This document shows positions 1-8,814 of a DNA stretch of 64,000 nt, one piece after another. Source of the stretch: an uncultured delta proteobacterium. GTDB lineage: Bacteria > Myxococcota_A > Polyangia > Polyangiales > Polyangiaceae. The notes beneath the pieces were generated by a model. It saw only the letters and a program-made list of their open reading frames with translations, made no database searches and was not told where the DNA came from. The translations under genes were made by a program, and so were the position numbers. The stretch covers positions 224,001 through 288,000 of the forward strand of contig CAWJCS010000001.1 of NCBI GenBank assembly GCA_963841435.1, written 5' to 3'. Each line of letters begins with the position of its first letter. The stretch's first letter is position 1.

Positions 1-1
1 C

Positions 2-61
2 GGTCTCGAGGCGGCCATCAACGTCGACCTCGGCCCGCTGCGCGAGAAGCTAGGGCTCTGA
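2..61 (+). CDS. 3' end of an unknown gene (partial)
   Basis: Open frame GLEAAINVDLGPLREKLGL* ending in TGA 59-61, overlapping the ATG of the next gene (TGATG). Confidence 0.6.
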   Translation, partial: GLEAAINVDLGPLREKLGL

Positions 62-549
62 TGATGACGGCCCCCGCGCTCGTCGGCCTGCGCGACGTGG
101 ATGATGTGCACGGCAGCTTCCTGCTCGGCTGGGGTGGCGAGCTGCTCGGTCGCGACCTTCCCGCGGTCTTTCGTGACGAGCTGTTCTCCGACGTGGGTCC
201 GCGCCTCGCGCGCCTCCGGGAGACGCTCGAGACGAACGGTCAGGTCGTGGGGACGCTGGTCTTGCGTTTTTCGGAGCACAAGCTCCACGTACGGGCCGTG
301 GGCGAACGCTTGCTCTGTGTCATCACGGGAGCGAAGGTGAACGCTCCGGCGCTGCGCATGGCGATGAATCTCGTGGCGCGGCACGTGGAGTTGACGCCGC
401 AGCCGCCGACCGTGCGGCCCGGACACTCGCGCGGGCCCGCAGCGCAGCGCCCGGGCGCCCCGGCGCCGGGGCCGACGTTGCCCTCCGCGTCACCGCCGGT
501 GGTTGGCCACCGGCGCGAAGTGCTCTACCGCGGGCGCCGCCCCGGCTAG
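61..549 (+). CDS. Roadblock/LC7 (MglB-like) domain protein with Pro-rich tail
   Basis: LRDVDDVHGSFLLGWGGELL...LVLRFSEHKLHVRAVGERLLCVIT...VNAPALRMAMNLVA fits the roadblock alpha/beta pattern. Confidence 0.65.
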   Translation: MMTAPALVGLRDVDDVHGSFLLGWGGELLGRDLPAVFRDELFSDVGPRLARLRETLETNGQVVGTLVLRFSEHKLHVRAVGERLLCVITGAKVNAPALRMAMNLVARHVELTPQPPTVRPGHSRGPAAQRPGAPAPGPTLPSASPPVVGHRREVLYRGRRPG

Positions 550-563
550 AACGACGCCGCGGC

Positions 564-2015
564 TCAGCGCACGAGGCGCGGCGAGCCGTAGCCTGCGGCG
601 ACGTGAGGCTCGTCGGCTGCCGGTAGCTCGGGCAGTCCCAGCATCTCGCGCGAGTAGCCCTCGATGCCCATCTCGGGCACGTCGAGGCCGCCGGGCTCGT
701 CATCCGGGTGCACGCGGTTTCCGACCATGCGACCCACGATCGCGAGCGATGCGAGCGTGACGAGGCCGACGTACGTGAGGTTCGCGACGACCCCCACGCA
801 TTCGGCCGCGAGCTGCTGCGCGTCGCCGTAGAAGAGCCCCCTCACCCCCCCCGCAACTCCGTTGAGCCCCTCGCCGTAGCTGCCGTTCGCGAACAGGCCG
901 AGGGCCACAACGCCCCAGATCCCGTTTACGCCGTGGACGGCCACCGCGCCCACGGGGTCGTCGACCCCGAGGCGTTCCTCGACGAAGCGCGCGGCGAGCA
1001 CGACGAGCACGCCGGCGATGGCGCCGATGAGCACCGCAGCGGGGGCGCTCACGAACGCGCAGGGCGCCGTGATGGCGACCAGGCCCGCCAGCATGCCGTT
1101 GCACATCATCGTCACGTCGGGTGCGCCCCAGCTGCGCCAGACGTAGAGACAGGCGGCGGCCGCGCCCGCTCCCGACGCGAGCATCGTGTTCGTGGCGATG
1201 ACGGCGATGCGCGTGTCCATGCCGGCGAGCGACGAGCCGGCGTTGAAGCCGAACCAGCCGAACGCGAGGATGAACGTGCCGATGACGGCCATCGGAACGT
1301 TGTGCCCGGGGATGGCGCGTGGCGTTCCGTCGGGGGCGAACTTGCCGGCGCGCGGCCCGAGCACGCGGGCGCCCACGAGCGCCGCGACGCCGCCCGTCAG
1401 GTGCACGACCGAGCTGCCCGCGAAGTCAACGTGCCCGTGGCCGAGGCCGAACTCTTTGCCGAGCGTCGACAGCCAGCCGCCGCCCCACACCCAGTTCGCG
1501 TAGACCGGGTAGATGATGGTGCCCATCAGCAAGCTGAAGAGGCAAAACGAGGCGAATTTCCAGCGCTCGGCCATGGCCCCCGTCGGGATGGTCGCCGCGG
1601 TGTCCATGAACACCATCTGGAAGAGGAACAGCGCGGCGACGCCGGGCGTGTAGACGTTCGCCGTGAGGAAGAAGCCGTCGGTGCCGAAGAGTCCGAAGTC
1701 GTGCCCGCCGAGGCTAACCGTGTACTCGTGCGCGAGCGAGGCGTCGCCGCCCAGCGTGCCGAGCGCTCCCACGCCGCCCATCTGCAGCGCGAACCCCATC
1801 ACCCAAAACCCGAGCATGCCGAGCGAATAAACGAGGAAGTTCATGCCCATGGTGTGGGCGACGTTCTTCGCTCGCGTGAGGCCGGTCTCGACCAGGGCGA
1901 AACCTGCCTGCATCAGCATCACCAGAAAACCCGTCATCAGGGTCCAGACGATGTTGATGGCCGTTTCGGTGTCTGCGAGGCGCGCCGTGAGTGCGGCCGT
2001 GGCATCGGGGCTCAT
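564..2015 (-). CDS. amt: Ammonium transporter (Amt family)
   Basis: MQAGFALVETG, FLFQMVF, GAMAERWKF, DFAGSSVVH, WFGFNAGS, DDPVGAVAVH motifs; start taken at MSPDA. Confidence 0.97.
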   Translation of the reverse strand: MSPDATAALTARLADTETAINIVWTLMTGFLVMLMQAGFALVETGLTRAKNVAHTMGMNFLVYSLGMLGFWVMGFALQMGGVGALGTLGGDASLAHEYTVSLGGHDFGLFGTDGFFLTANVYTPGVAALFLFQMVFMDTAATIPTGAMAERWKFASFCLFSLLMGTIIYPVYANWVWGGGWLSTLGKEFGLGHGHVDFAGSSVVHLTGGVAALVGARVLGPRAGKFAPDGTPRAIPGHNVPMAVIGTFILAFGWFGFNAGSSLAGMDTRIAVIATNTMLASGAGAAAACLYVWRSWGAPDVTMMCNGMLAGLVAITAPCAFVSAPAAVLIGAIAGVLVVLAARFVEERLGVDDPVGAVAVHGVNGIWGVVALGLFANGSYGEGLNGVAGGVRGLFYGDAQQLAAECVGVVANLTYVGLVTLASLAIVGRMVGNRVHPDDEPGGLDVPEMGIEGYSREMLGLPELPAADEPHVAAGYGSPRLVR

Positions 2016-2202
2016 CGACTTCGATCGTAGTTCCCGAGCACATTTCGTCCGGATGTCGGGCAAGCTTCGGCACCCTCGTCCGCGCGCGAGGGCACGCCCC
2101 GGACGCGGCAGCCGCGTGACGTGGCGGCGACGCCGGGGCACGGATTTCTGCGTGTGCACGGGCCCGGTGGTCGGCCGGAGCGCCCTCCGCTACGTTCTGG
2201 CC

Positions 2203-3330
2203 GTGACCAGCCATCGTCCGCCGCTTCGCGTGGCCGTGCTCTTCGGTGGGCGGTCCGCCGAGCACGAGATCTCGCTGCTCTCGGCTCGCTTCGTCCTCGA
2301 ATCGCTCGATAAGGAGCGCTACCTTCCCGTGCTCATCGGCATCGACAAAGCCGGCCGCTGGTCGCTCCAGGACTCGAGCGTGCTCCTTGCCGCGTCCAGC
2401 GATCCGCGCAGCGTTGGCCTCGCGGCGGAGCAGCCTGGCGTCCTCATGCCGCCTCATCCGGGCGCGGGGCTGGTCTCGAGCGGTCACGGCGGCGTCACGG
2501 GTAAGCTCGGCGCCGTCAACGTCGTGTTCCCCGTGCTGCACGGACCGTATGGTGAGGATGGCACCGTCCAGGGTCTGCTCGAGCTCGCGGGCGTACCCTA
2601 CGTCGGCTCCGGCGTGCTCGGCTCCGCCGTGGGCATGGACAAGGACGTGATGAAGCGCCTGCTCGCAGCGGCAGGTCTACCGATTCTACCGTACCGCACC
2701 GTGCGTCGCGCGCGCTGGATGCACGAGCGCGACGGCCTGCTCGAGGGGATGAAGGGCCTGGCGCTGCCCCTCTTCGTCAAGCCGGCGAACCTCGGCTCCT
2801 CCGTGGGCGTGAAGCGTGTCTCCGAGATCGGAGAGCTCGGGCCGGCCGTCGATCATGCTTTCCAGTTCGACGAGAAGGTGGTGATAGAGCAGGGGCTCGC
2901 ACGGCCGCGCGAGATCGAGTGTGCGGTGCTCGGCGGCGACCCGCCGTTCGCGTCCGTGCCGGGCGAGATCATCATCGAGCACGCGGACGGCTTCTATTCC
3001 TACGCGGCCAAGTACCTCGATGCCGGCGGCGCCATGACGCGCGTGCCGGCGCCTCTCAGCGACGCCCAGACGAAGGACGCGAACCAGCTCGCGCTCGCGG
3101 CGTTCGCCGCGCTCGAGGCGGAAGGGCTCGCCCGTGTCGATCTGTTCCTCGATGCCAAGGGCCGCTTCTTCATCAACGAGATCAACACGATGCCCGGGTT
3201 CACGGCGATCTCGATGTTCCCGAAGCTGATGGAAGCGAGCGGGATCGGTCCGCGCGAGCTCGTGACGCGCCTCATCGAGGAAGCGTTTGCGCGCGCCGAG
3301 CGGCGCCACGCCCTCAGAACCACCGTCTGA
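2203..3330 (+). CDS. ddl: D-alanine--D-alanine ligase
   Basis: VAVLFGGRSAEHEISLLSA, FPVLHGPYGEDGTVQG, MDKDVMK, VKPANLGSSVG, NEINTMPGFT. Confidence 0.97.
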   Translation: MTSHRPPLRVAVLFGGRSAEHEISLLSARFVLESLDKERYLPVLIGIDKAGRWSLQDSSVLLAASSDPRSVGLAAEQPGVLMPPHPGAGLVSSGHGGVTGKLGAVNVVFPVLHGPYGEDGTVQGLLELAGVPYVGSGVLGSAVGMDKDVMKRLLAAAGLPILPYRTVRRARWMHERDGLLEGMKGLALPLFVKPANLGSSVGVKRVSEIGELGPAVDHAFQFDEKVVIEQGLARPREIECAVLGGDPPFASVPGEIIIEHADGFYSYAAKYLDAGGAMTRVPAPLSDAQTKDANQLALAAFAALEAEGLARVDLFLDAKGRFFINEINTMPGFTAISMFPKLMEASGIGPRELVTRLIEEAFARAERRHALRTTV

Positions 3331-3377
3331 GTCAGGCCCCCGCTGGTCCGTTTGCCGGGCTCGAGACACTGACCAAC

Positions 3378-4259
3378 ATGAGACTTTTCACGGTCCCCGT
3401 GGCCGCCTCGGTCGGACTCTTGCTTTGCCTCTCCTGCGGTGACGATTCGACCGTGCTCGGGACGCGCTCCAGCGGGGGCAGCGCCGGGACCGGCGGAGCG
3501 GGCGGCACCGTCAGCGGCAGCGCGGGCACCGCTGGGGCGTCGGCGAGCAGCGGCAGCTCCGGCAAGGGAGGCAGCTCCGGCGGGAAGGCGGGTGGCGGCG
3601 GCTCGGGCGGCGCGGGTGCTTCGGGCGGTGCCGGGGGTTCGAGCGGCGCGGGCACGGGTGGCGCGTCAGCGTCGGGCGGCACGGCGGCATCGGGCGGCAC
3701 GGCGGCATCGGGCGGCGATGCGGGTGGCACCGCGGGCGGCTCGGCGAGCTCGGGTGCAGCCGGCGACACGGGTGGCGACGCTGGCGCGTCGGGGAATGCC
3801 TGCGGAGCGTCCGGGCAGTGCGATCTCGTGGCCACGAACTGCTGCGGCTACTGCCAGGAAACGCCCGTCTCCGGTTTCACGGCCGTCGCCAACGAGCACT
3901 ACGTCAACTACCTCACGACGAACTGCGCCAACCCAGCGTGCGCGCCGTGTCCCGTGATCGAGTTTCCGCACTATGCCGGCGTCTGTCGCATGGGTGACTG
4001 CACCGCCGTCAACGTGCGCGAGGACGAGCTCAGCGCCTGCGCGACCGACGACGACTGTCGGCTTCGCTGGGGCAGCGGATGCTGCGAGGCTTGCAGCGCG
4101 TCCGATCCGTCCGAACTCACGGCGTTCAGCACGAACGTGAACGTTGGGGCAGCGCTCTGCGGGACGCTTCTTCCCCCCTGCTGTGGGCCCTCTCCATATC
4201 CGTCGAGCGCGTCCGCCGTCTGCACGGACGGTCACTGCGCCGTCCAAATCGCTCCGTGA
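3378..4259 (+). CDS. Lipoprotein with Gly/Ser-rich linker and Cys-rich C-terminal domain
   Basis: Lipobox LCLSC-GDD, Gly-rich spacer, two CC-containing Cys modules; paralogous to 22383..23582. Confidence 0.8.
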   Translation: MRLFTVPVAASVGLLLCLSCGDDSTVLGTRSSGGSAGTGGAGGTVSGSAGTAGASASSGSSGKGGSSGGKAGGGGSGGAGASGGAGGSSGAGTGGASASGGTAASGGTAASGGDAGGTAGGSASSGAAGDTGGDAGASGNACGASGQCDLVATNCCGYCQETPVSGFTAVANEHYVNYLTTNCANPACAPCPVIEFPHYAGVCRMGDCTAVNVREDELSACATDDDCRLRWGSGCCEACSASDPSELTAFSTNVNVGAALCGTLLPPCCGPSPYPSSASAVCTDGHCAVQIAP

Positions 4260-4310
4260 GCGCCGGTGCCGGCGGGCCCCGTCGCTAGAGCGAGCAGGGC
4301 CGCACGGCGA

Positions 4311-5021
4311 TCATGGCGTCGCCGCGGTGGGAGGCCACGCGATCGGCGTCTCCCTGCCGGTTGCACGGTCGAGCAAAAGCGCGCGACGTACGCGGGGCGT
4401 GTCGGGCACGAGCACGGTCGTTTCGAGCTTCGTCTTCGCGAACGACGGTGGCTCGTGGATGGGACGGCGCTTGGGAGGGCTCGGCTCCTCGGCAGCGAGC
4501 AACGGAAAGTCGAAGCGCACGCGATCGATGAGCTCCTGGCCGACCCAGAGCTCGACGGCGAAGCGGCCCATCTTGCGCGCGGTCACGACCGGGTTCGGGA
4601 ACTCGACGGCGCGGGCCGAGGCAAGCCGCACGGCTTCGTTTTCCCAGACGAGCGACAGCTCGTACTGGCGCTTTGAGCGCAGGGGCACCGGATCGGGTGG
4701 CTCTCCGGCGCGGCTCTTCGACGCCGGCGCGGGGGCCGCCGCGGCGGCGCTCTGAGCGGGGGGTGTGTCCGGAGTGGGCGGTGTGCCCGGAGCCGGCGCT
4801 CCGCTCGCTGCCGCAGCGGTGCCGGATGCGGCGGCCGCGGGTGCAGGCGTCGCGTCGCCGCCCGCGGCAGCGGATGTCGCCGGAGCCCCCGGGACGTCGG
4901 CGGGAGCGCCGTCGCCGTGTCCCTCCGCGAAGTGCACGGGGAAGACGACGCCCGGGGTGGCTTCCGTCTGCAGCGGCGCGCGAGCGGGCTCGCAGCCCAT
5001 GGTCGCGACGACGAGGAGCAC
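4311..5021 (-). CDS. Hypothetical (lipo)protein, Ala/Pro-rich linker plus globular C-terminal domain; start uncertain
   Basis: VLLVVATMGC lipobox-like stretch; C-terminal QYELSLVWEN...GRFAVELWVGQELIDRVRFDFPLL looks globular. Confidence 0.6.
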   Translation of the reverse strand: MLLVVATMGCEPARAPLQTEATPGVVFPVHFAEGHGDGAPADVPGAPATSAAAGGDATPAPAAAASGTAAAASGAPAPGTPPTPDTPPAQSAAAAAPAPASKSRAGEPPDPVPLRSKRQYELSLVWENEAVRLASARAVEFPNPVVTARKMGRFAVELWVGQELIDRVRFDFPLLAAEEPSPPKRRPIHEPPSFAKTKLETTVLVPDTPRVRRALLLDRATGRETPIAWPPTAATP

Positions 5022-5046
5022 GCCGAGGCGGCGAGCGAGACCCGTG

Positions 5047-5985
5047 CTACTCCGCGGCTTCGCGCAGCGGGGCGCCGTCACCGCCGAGAGCCAGCCACGC
5101 GCTCTCGAAGTCGCGCGGCAGTGACGCGCGGACGCACACTGCCTCGGTGCCCAACGGGAGCTCGATTCTCTCTGCATGCAAGAAGACCCGCCCGAGGCCT
5201 AGCACGCGGCCGCCGTCGAGGCGGAGGCGCCGCGGGCCGCCGTAGGCCGGATCGCCGAGCAGCGGCACACCGGCGTGCGCCGCGTGTGCGCGGAGCTGAT
5301 GGGTCCGACCCGTCGTCGGGGTGAGCCGGACGAGCGCTGGTCGAGAGCGCTCGTCGGTGCGCCCGTCGAGCAGGGCTGGCGCGGCGCTGGCGAGCGTTTC
5401 GTAGGCCGTTTCGGCCGCGCGGGCGTCTCGCCCACCCACTTCGAAGCGACCCCGGGCGCCGCGACCGATCGGCGCCGACCAGCAGCCGACGCCCGGCTCC
5501 GGGGCACGGATCGTGAGCGCGAGGTAGCGCCGTCGGAAGCGGCCGGCGGCCCGTAGCTCGCCGATGCGCCGTCGCGCCGACTCGGTGGTCGCGAACGTGA
5601 CGACGCCGCTCACGCCAACGTCGAGCCGCGACAGCGCGTGGAGCGCCGAGATGGGCAGCCCGCGCGCCGCCGCCAGCCGGCCGAGGACACTCGCGCCGCT
5701 TCCCGCATGGTCGGGCTCGGTGGCGACGCCTGGCGGCTTGTCGATGAACACGAGGCCATCCCGCTCGAGCAAGATCGGCAGCGCCTCGGGCTCGACGCGT
5801 GCGGCGAAGATCTCGACGACGCTGCCGCTCTCGACCACGCGATCGACCTCGACGCGCTCGGCGTTGACGAACAGCCGCCCTTCGTCGAGGGCCGTGGTGG
5901 CACTGCCCCCGAAACGCGCGCAGAGCTCGGCGAGGGCGGCGGTCGAGCCCGCGGGGACGACGAAGCGCACGACGGGCTGCTTCAT
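5047..5985 (-). CDS. RluA-family RNA pseudouridine synthase
   Basis: IDKPPG, SRLDVGVSG (catalytic Asp retained), TGRTHQLRAH, PLLGDPAYG, FLHA. Confidence 0.92.
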   Translation of the reverse strand: MKQPVVRFVVPAGSTAALAELCARFGGSATTALDEGRLFVNAERVEVDRVVESGSVVEIFAARVEPEALPILLERDGLVFIDKPPGVATEPDHAGSGASVLGRLAAARGLPISALHALSRLDVGVSGVVTFATTESARRRIGELRAAGRFRRRYLALTIRAPEPGVGCWSAPIGRGARGRFEVGGRDARAAETAYETLASAAPALLDGRTDERSRPALVRLTPTTGRTHQLRAHAAHAGVPLLGDPAYGGPRRLRLDGGRVLGLGRVFLHAERIELPLGTEAVCVRASLPRDFESAWLALGGDGAPLREAAE

Positions 5986-6026
5986 CCGCGCGTCGCTTCA
6001 TCCGCGCGTCGCTTCATCCGCGCGTC
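5979..6026. repeat. Tandem repeat, 3 perfect copies of GCTTCATCCGCGCGTC (16 bp)
   Basis: Copies at 5979-5994, 5995-6010, 6011-6026. Confidence 0.95.
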
Positions 6027-6357
6027 AAGTCGTGGCAGCTTCGGGGGTCTTTCCCGTCGCGCGGCGCACCAGCTCGACGAGCACCGGATCACTTGCGAGC
6101 TCGGCTTTGAGCGTCTCCTTCACGCTATCGAGCTGCTCGGCGCTCACACGCCCCGCAAGATGCGCGGTCGCTTCGCTGACGCGCGCGTCGAGGTACTGCT
6201 CGAGGCCGATCTCTCCGCGCTCGAGCCGATCGAGCGCGCCGCTCGGCTCCACCCCGGCCGTTTCGCCGACGCTAAAGCCGGTGTCGCCGCCGCCGCTCGG
6301 CGGCGTGCTCGAGGGCGGCACGCTGGGAGGCGCCTTGCCGATGCCGTCGATGCCCAT
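6025..6357 (-). CDS. Hypothetical protein, 110 aa (flexible N-terminus, helical C-terminus)
   Basis: Clean ORF with TAGGAT 6 nt upstream of the ATG. Confidence 0.75.
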   Translation of the reverse strand: MGIDGIGKAPPSVPPSSTPPSGGGDTGFSVGETAGVEPSGALDRLERGEIGLEQYLDARVSEATAHLAGRVSAEQLDSVKETLKAELASDPVLVELVRRATGKTPEAATT

Positions 6358-6424
6358 GACGAAATCCTACGCCGTTCGGGGGCGCGCTGCTACCCGGCCG
6401 AAAAAGGGGCGGGCTCTCGCGCGC

Positions 6425-6886
6425 TCAGCGGAAGTTCCCAATCGCGTTCTTCATCGTCTCGTGCCGGGCGCGGAGGATATTCGAGTACGCGGTGTACTGT
6501 CGGTTCTCGGCGCTGATGCGTTCCTGGAGCACGATGTAGTACATGTTCTTGTCGCTGTTCTGGTCGAGCATGCTCTCGACCTCGGGGCTCTGCGCGCCAC
6601 CGGGCGGGCTCGCGGTGGCGGGGTAGCCCTCGGGTGTCGTCGCGGGCGTGCCGCCGCCGAGCGCGCCGGCGCCGACGGCGGGCGTCGCGGTGGCGCGGAA
6701 GCCCGCCGCGAGAATCGGGCCGCCGGGCAGGCGCCGGACCACGGCCTCCGCGCTGCTCACGACCGCGCTCGCCCCCGCGCCGAGCACTGCCTGGAACGGG
6801 CGCGTGGGCTTTTCGGTCGTGCGGTTCGCGGTGGGGCCGGCCGCGATGAGCGGGCTCGGCCCCGTGACATCGATGCGAGTGGTCAT
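6425..6886 (-). CDS. Hypothetical protein with T3SS needle/rod (SctF-like) C-terminal helix
   Basis: SD GAAGGAG; C-terminus LQERISAENRQYTAYSNILRARHETMKNAIGNFR. Confidence 0.6.
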   Translation of the reverse strand: MTTRIDVTGPSPLIAAGPTANRTTEKPTRPFQAVLGAGASAVVSSAEAVVRRLPGGPILAAGFRATATPAVGAGALGGGTPATTPEGYPATASPPGGAQSPEVESMLDQNSDKNMYYIVLQERISAENRQYTAYSNILRARHETMKNAIGNFR

Positions 6887-6979
6887 AGCGGGATCTCCTT
6901 CTCGGGGGGGGGGTCGGTCGCGCCCGATGCGAGTTGCGTGCGCCGCGGCCCGTGGAGGGTCGGATGGCGCGAACGGGCC

Positions 6980-7798
6980 TCAGAACTGACCGCTCACCGA
7001 GACCGCCCAGGGCCGCCTGTCGCCGGGGGGGATGAAGGTCACCTGGACGTTCTCGAGGTCCGACCGAATGAGCTCCTGCCGCGTGCTCGCGAGCCCTGCG
7101 ACCGTCACGAGCGCACCGGCGAGCTGACCGATGCCGTCCACCGCCAAGAAGGTGACGATCTGCACCTCCTTGACCGCGTTGCTCACGCATTTCTTCGCGA
7201 GCTCCACCGTGCTCGTCTTGCAGGTTTCGTAGGTGCGGCTGCCGATCGCACCCCAGGGGCCGACGACGGGCGCGGCGAGCCACGCCGTGCCGTTCTTGAA
7301 ACCCTCGACGGCGCCGAACGTGAGCGCACCCGCGTACGCGATGCCGAGACCCACCATCCCCGCGGTGACGAGGCCGCGTGCAGGTCGTTCGACGACCGTG
7401 TACCCGGGCGGCACGGGGAGCCCCTCGCGGTACGGCAGCACGGGCGCGCGCGGATCTCCGGGGATCGACGCTGCGGGCGCTTGTGGCGTGATGGGCGGCG
7501 GGGCCGCGGCGACGGGCGCGAGCGGCGGGGGTGCGGCGACGGGCGTCGGAGCGACCGCGGGGGCAGGCGCCTGTGGCTGTGCCGGCGCTTTCGGAGTCGT
7601 AGCGGGTGGGAGTGGCACGGCGCGGACGGGGGGTGACGGCGCGGGCCGTGCGGGCGCGGGCGCGGCCGCGGGGGCAGGCGCCGTTTGGCGGGGAGGCTCT
7701 TCCGGAAAGCTCGCCGTTGCTTGACCCAGGGCCGACGGCGCGACGGACGCGCAGCCGCCCGCGAGCCACCATCCCACCAGACGGTGATGCCTCCGCAT
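6980..7798 (-). CDS. Hypothetical exported/membrane protein, Pro-rich N-terminus
   Basis: Signal-like N-terminus, Pro/Ala linker, hydrophobic helices, ends VSVSGQF. Confidence 0.7.
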   Translation of the reverse strand: MRRHHRLVGWWLAGGCASVAPSALGQATASFPEEPPRQTAPAPAAAPAPARPAPSPPVRAVPLPPATTPKAPAQPQAPAPAVAPTPVAAPPPLAPVAAAPPPITPQAPAASIPGDPRAPVLPYREGLPVPPGYTVVERPARGLVTAGMVGLGIAYAGALTFGAVEGFKNGTAWLAAPVVGPWGAIGSRTYETCKTSTVELAKKCVSNAVKEVQIVTFLAVDGIGQLAGALVTVAGLASTRQELIRSDLENVQVTFIPPGDRRPWAVSVSGQF

Positions 7799-7854
7799 GA
7801 GCCTCGATCCTAGGACTCGATGGCCCGAAAGCCAAGGGGCGCCGGCTTTTGTGG

Positions 7855-8814
7855 CTACAGGCCGAACCAGGGCGCGGGGTCGACCGTGTCGCGTCCCACG
7901 CGGATCTCGAAGTAGAGCCGCGGGCCCTTGCCCGTGTCGCCCACGGTGCCGAGTCTCGCGCCCGCTGCGATTTCGTCACCGACCTCAACGTCAATCGCGT
8001 CGAGGTTGGCGCTCACCGTGTAGTGGCGGCGGCCGTGGTCCAAGATGATGGTCTTGCCGTAGTCGGCATAGGTGTCGGCGAAAGCGACGCGCCCCGCGGC
8101 GACGCTCCGCACGACCGTGCCGAGCGGTGCACGCAGCTCGAGGCCGGGGCCCTCCGAGCTTGCGCGACGCGCCGGCTGGACCTCGGTGCGACCGGCGAGG
8201 GGAAACGGCAGTCGACCGCGTAAGGCCGCGAAGCCGACCGCCGTGAGCGTCGGATCCGCGGGGCCGACGGCGCCGTAGACGGCGGTGTGGTTGTCGCTCT
8301 GAAACGCCTGAGCGAACGCCTGCTCGCGCTCTTCGGCGCTACGCAGCGCCTCGGCGGCGCGCGAGAGCACGGCGCGCTCGTCCTCGAGCGTCGCGGCGCG
8401 AGCTCGCACGGCGTCGAGCTTCTTGGCGATGGTGAGCCGCTCCGCGGCGAGGCGCTTGCCGAGCGCGAGGTCCTCTTCGAGCCCGTGGTGGAGACGTTCG
8501 AGGCGTGCGGCGTGCTCGAGCAGGGCGTCGAAGCCCGAGCCGACGGGCAAAAGGCCCACCCTGGCGAGCGCGACGTAGGCGCGCCCGCGCGCCGTCAGCC
8601 GAGCGTCGGCAAGCTGACTCTCCTTACCGATCTCGCGCAGACGCTTCTCGAGCCGCCGGCCCTCGTCGTCGGCCGAACGCTGCAGGCGCTCGACGTCGTT
8701 GGCCGTCGGGGGACGGCTCTCGCCGGGCTCGGCCGGCGCCGCGCGCGACGCCGTCTGCCCCGTGGCCGTGGCGAGCGCGAGGGCGCCGAGCACGAGAGCC
8801 CGTTTCGTCTTCAT
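7855..8814 (-). CDS. envC: Murein hydrolase activator EnvC family (coiled coil plus degenerate M23 domain)
   Basis: GRLPFPLAG, VRSVAAGRVAFADTYADYGKTIILDHG, LYFEIR; Zn ligands absent; ATGA-coupled to ftsX. Confidence 0.85.
   Translation of the reverse strand: MKTKRALVLGALALATATGQTASRAAPAEPGESRPPTANDVERLQRSADDEGRRLEKRLREIGKESQLADARLTARGRAYVALARVGLLPVGSGFDALLEHAARLERLHHGLEEDLALGKRLAAERLTIAKKLDAVRARAATLEDERAVLSRAAEALRSAEEREQAFAQAFQSDNHTAVYGAVGPADPTLTAVGFAALRGRLPFPLAGRTEVQPARRASSEGPGLELRAPLGTVVRSVAAGRVAFADTYADYGKTIILDHGRRHYTVSANLDAIDVEVGDEIAAGARLGTVGDTGKGPRLYFEIRVGRDTVDPAPWFGL

Noticed and set aside
2056-2152. Sigma-54 promoter for amt or ddl
   Set aside because: Candidate GG...GC pairs are 11 nt apart, not 10
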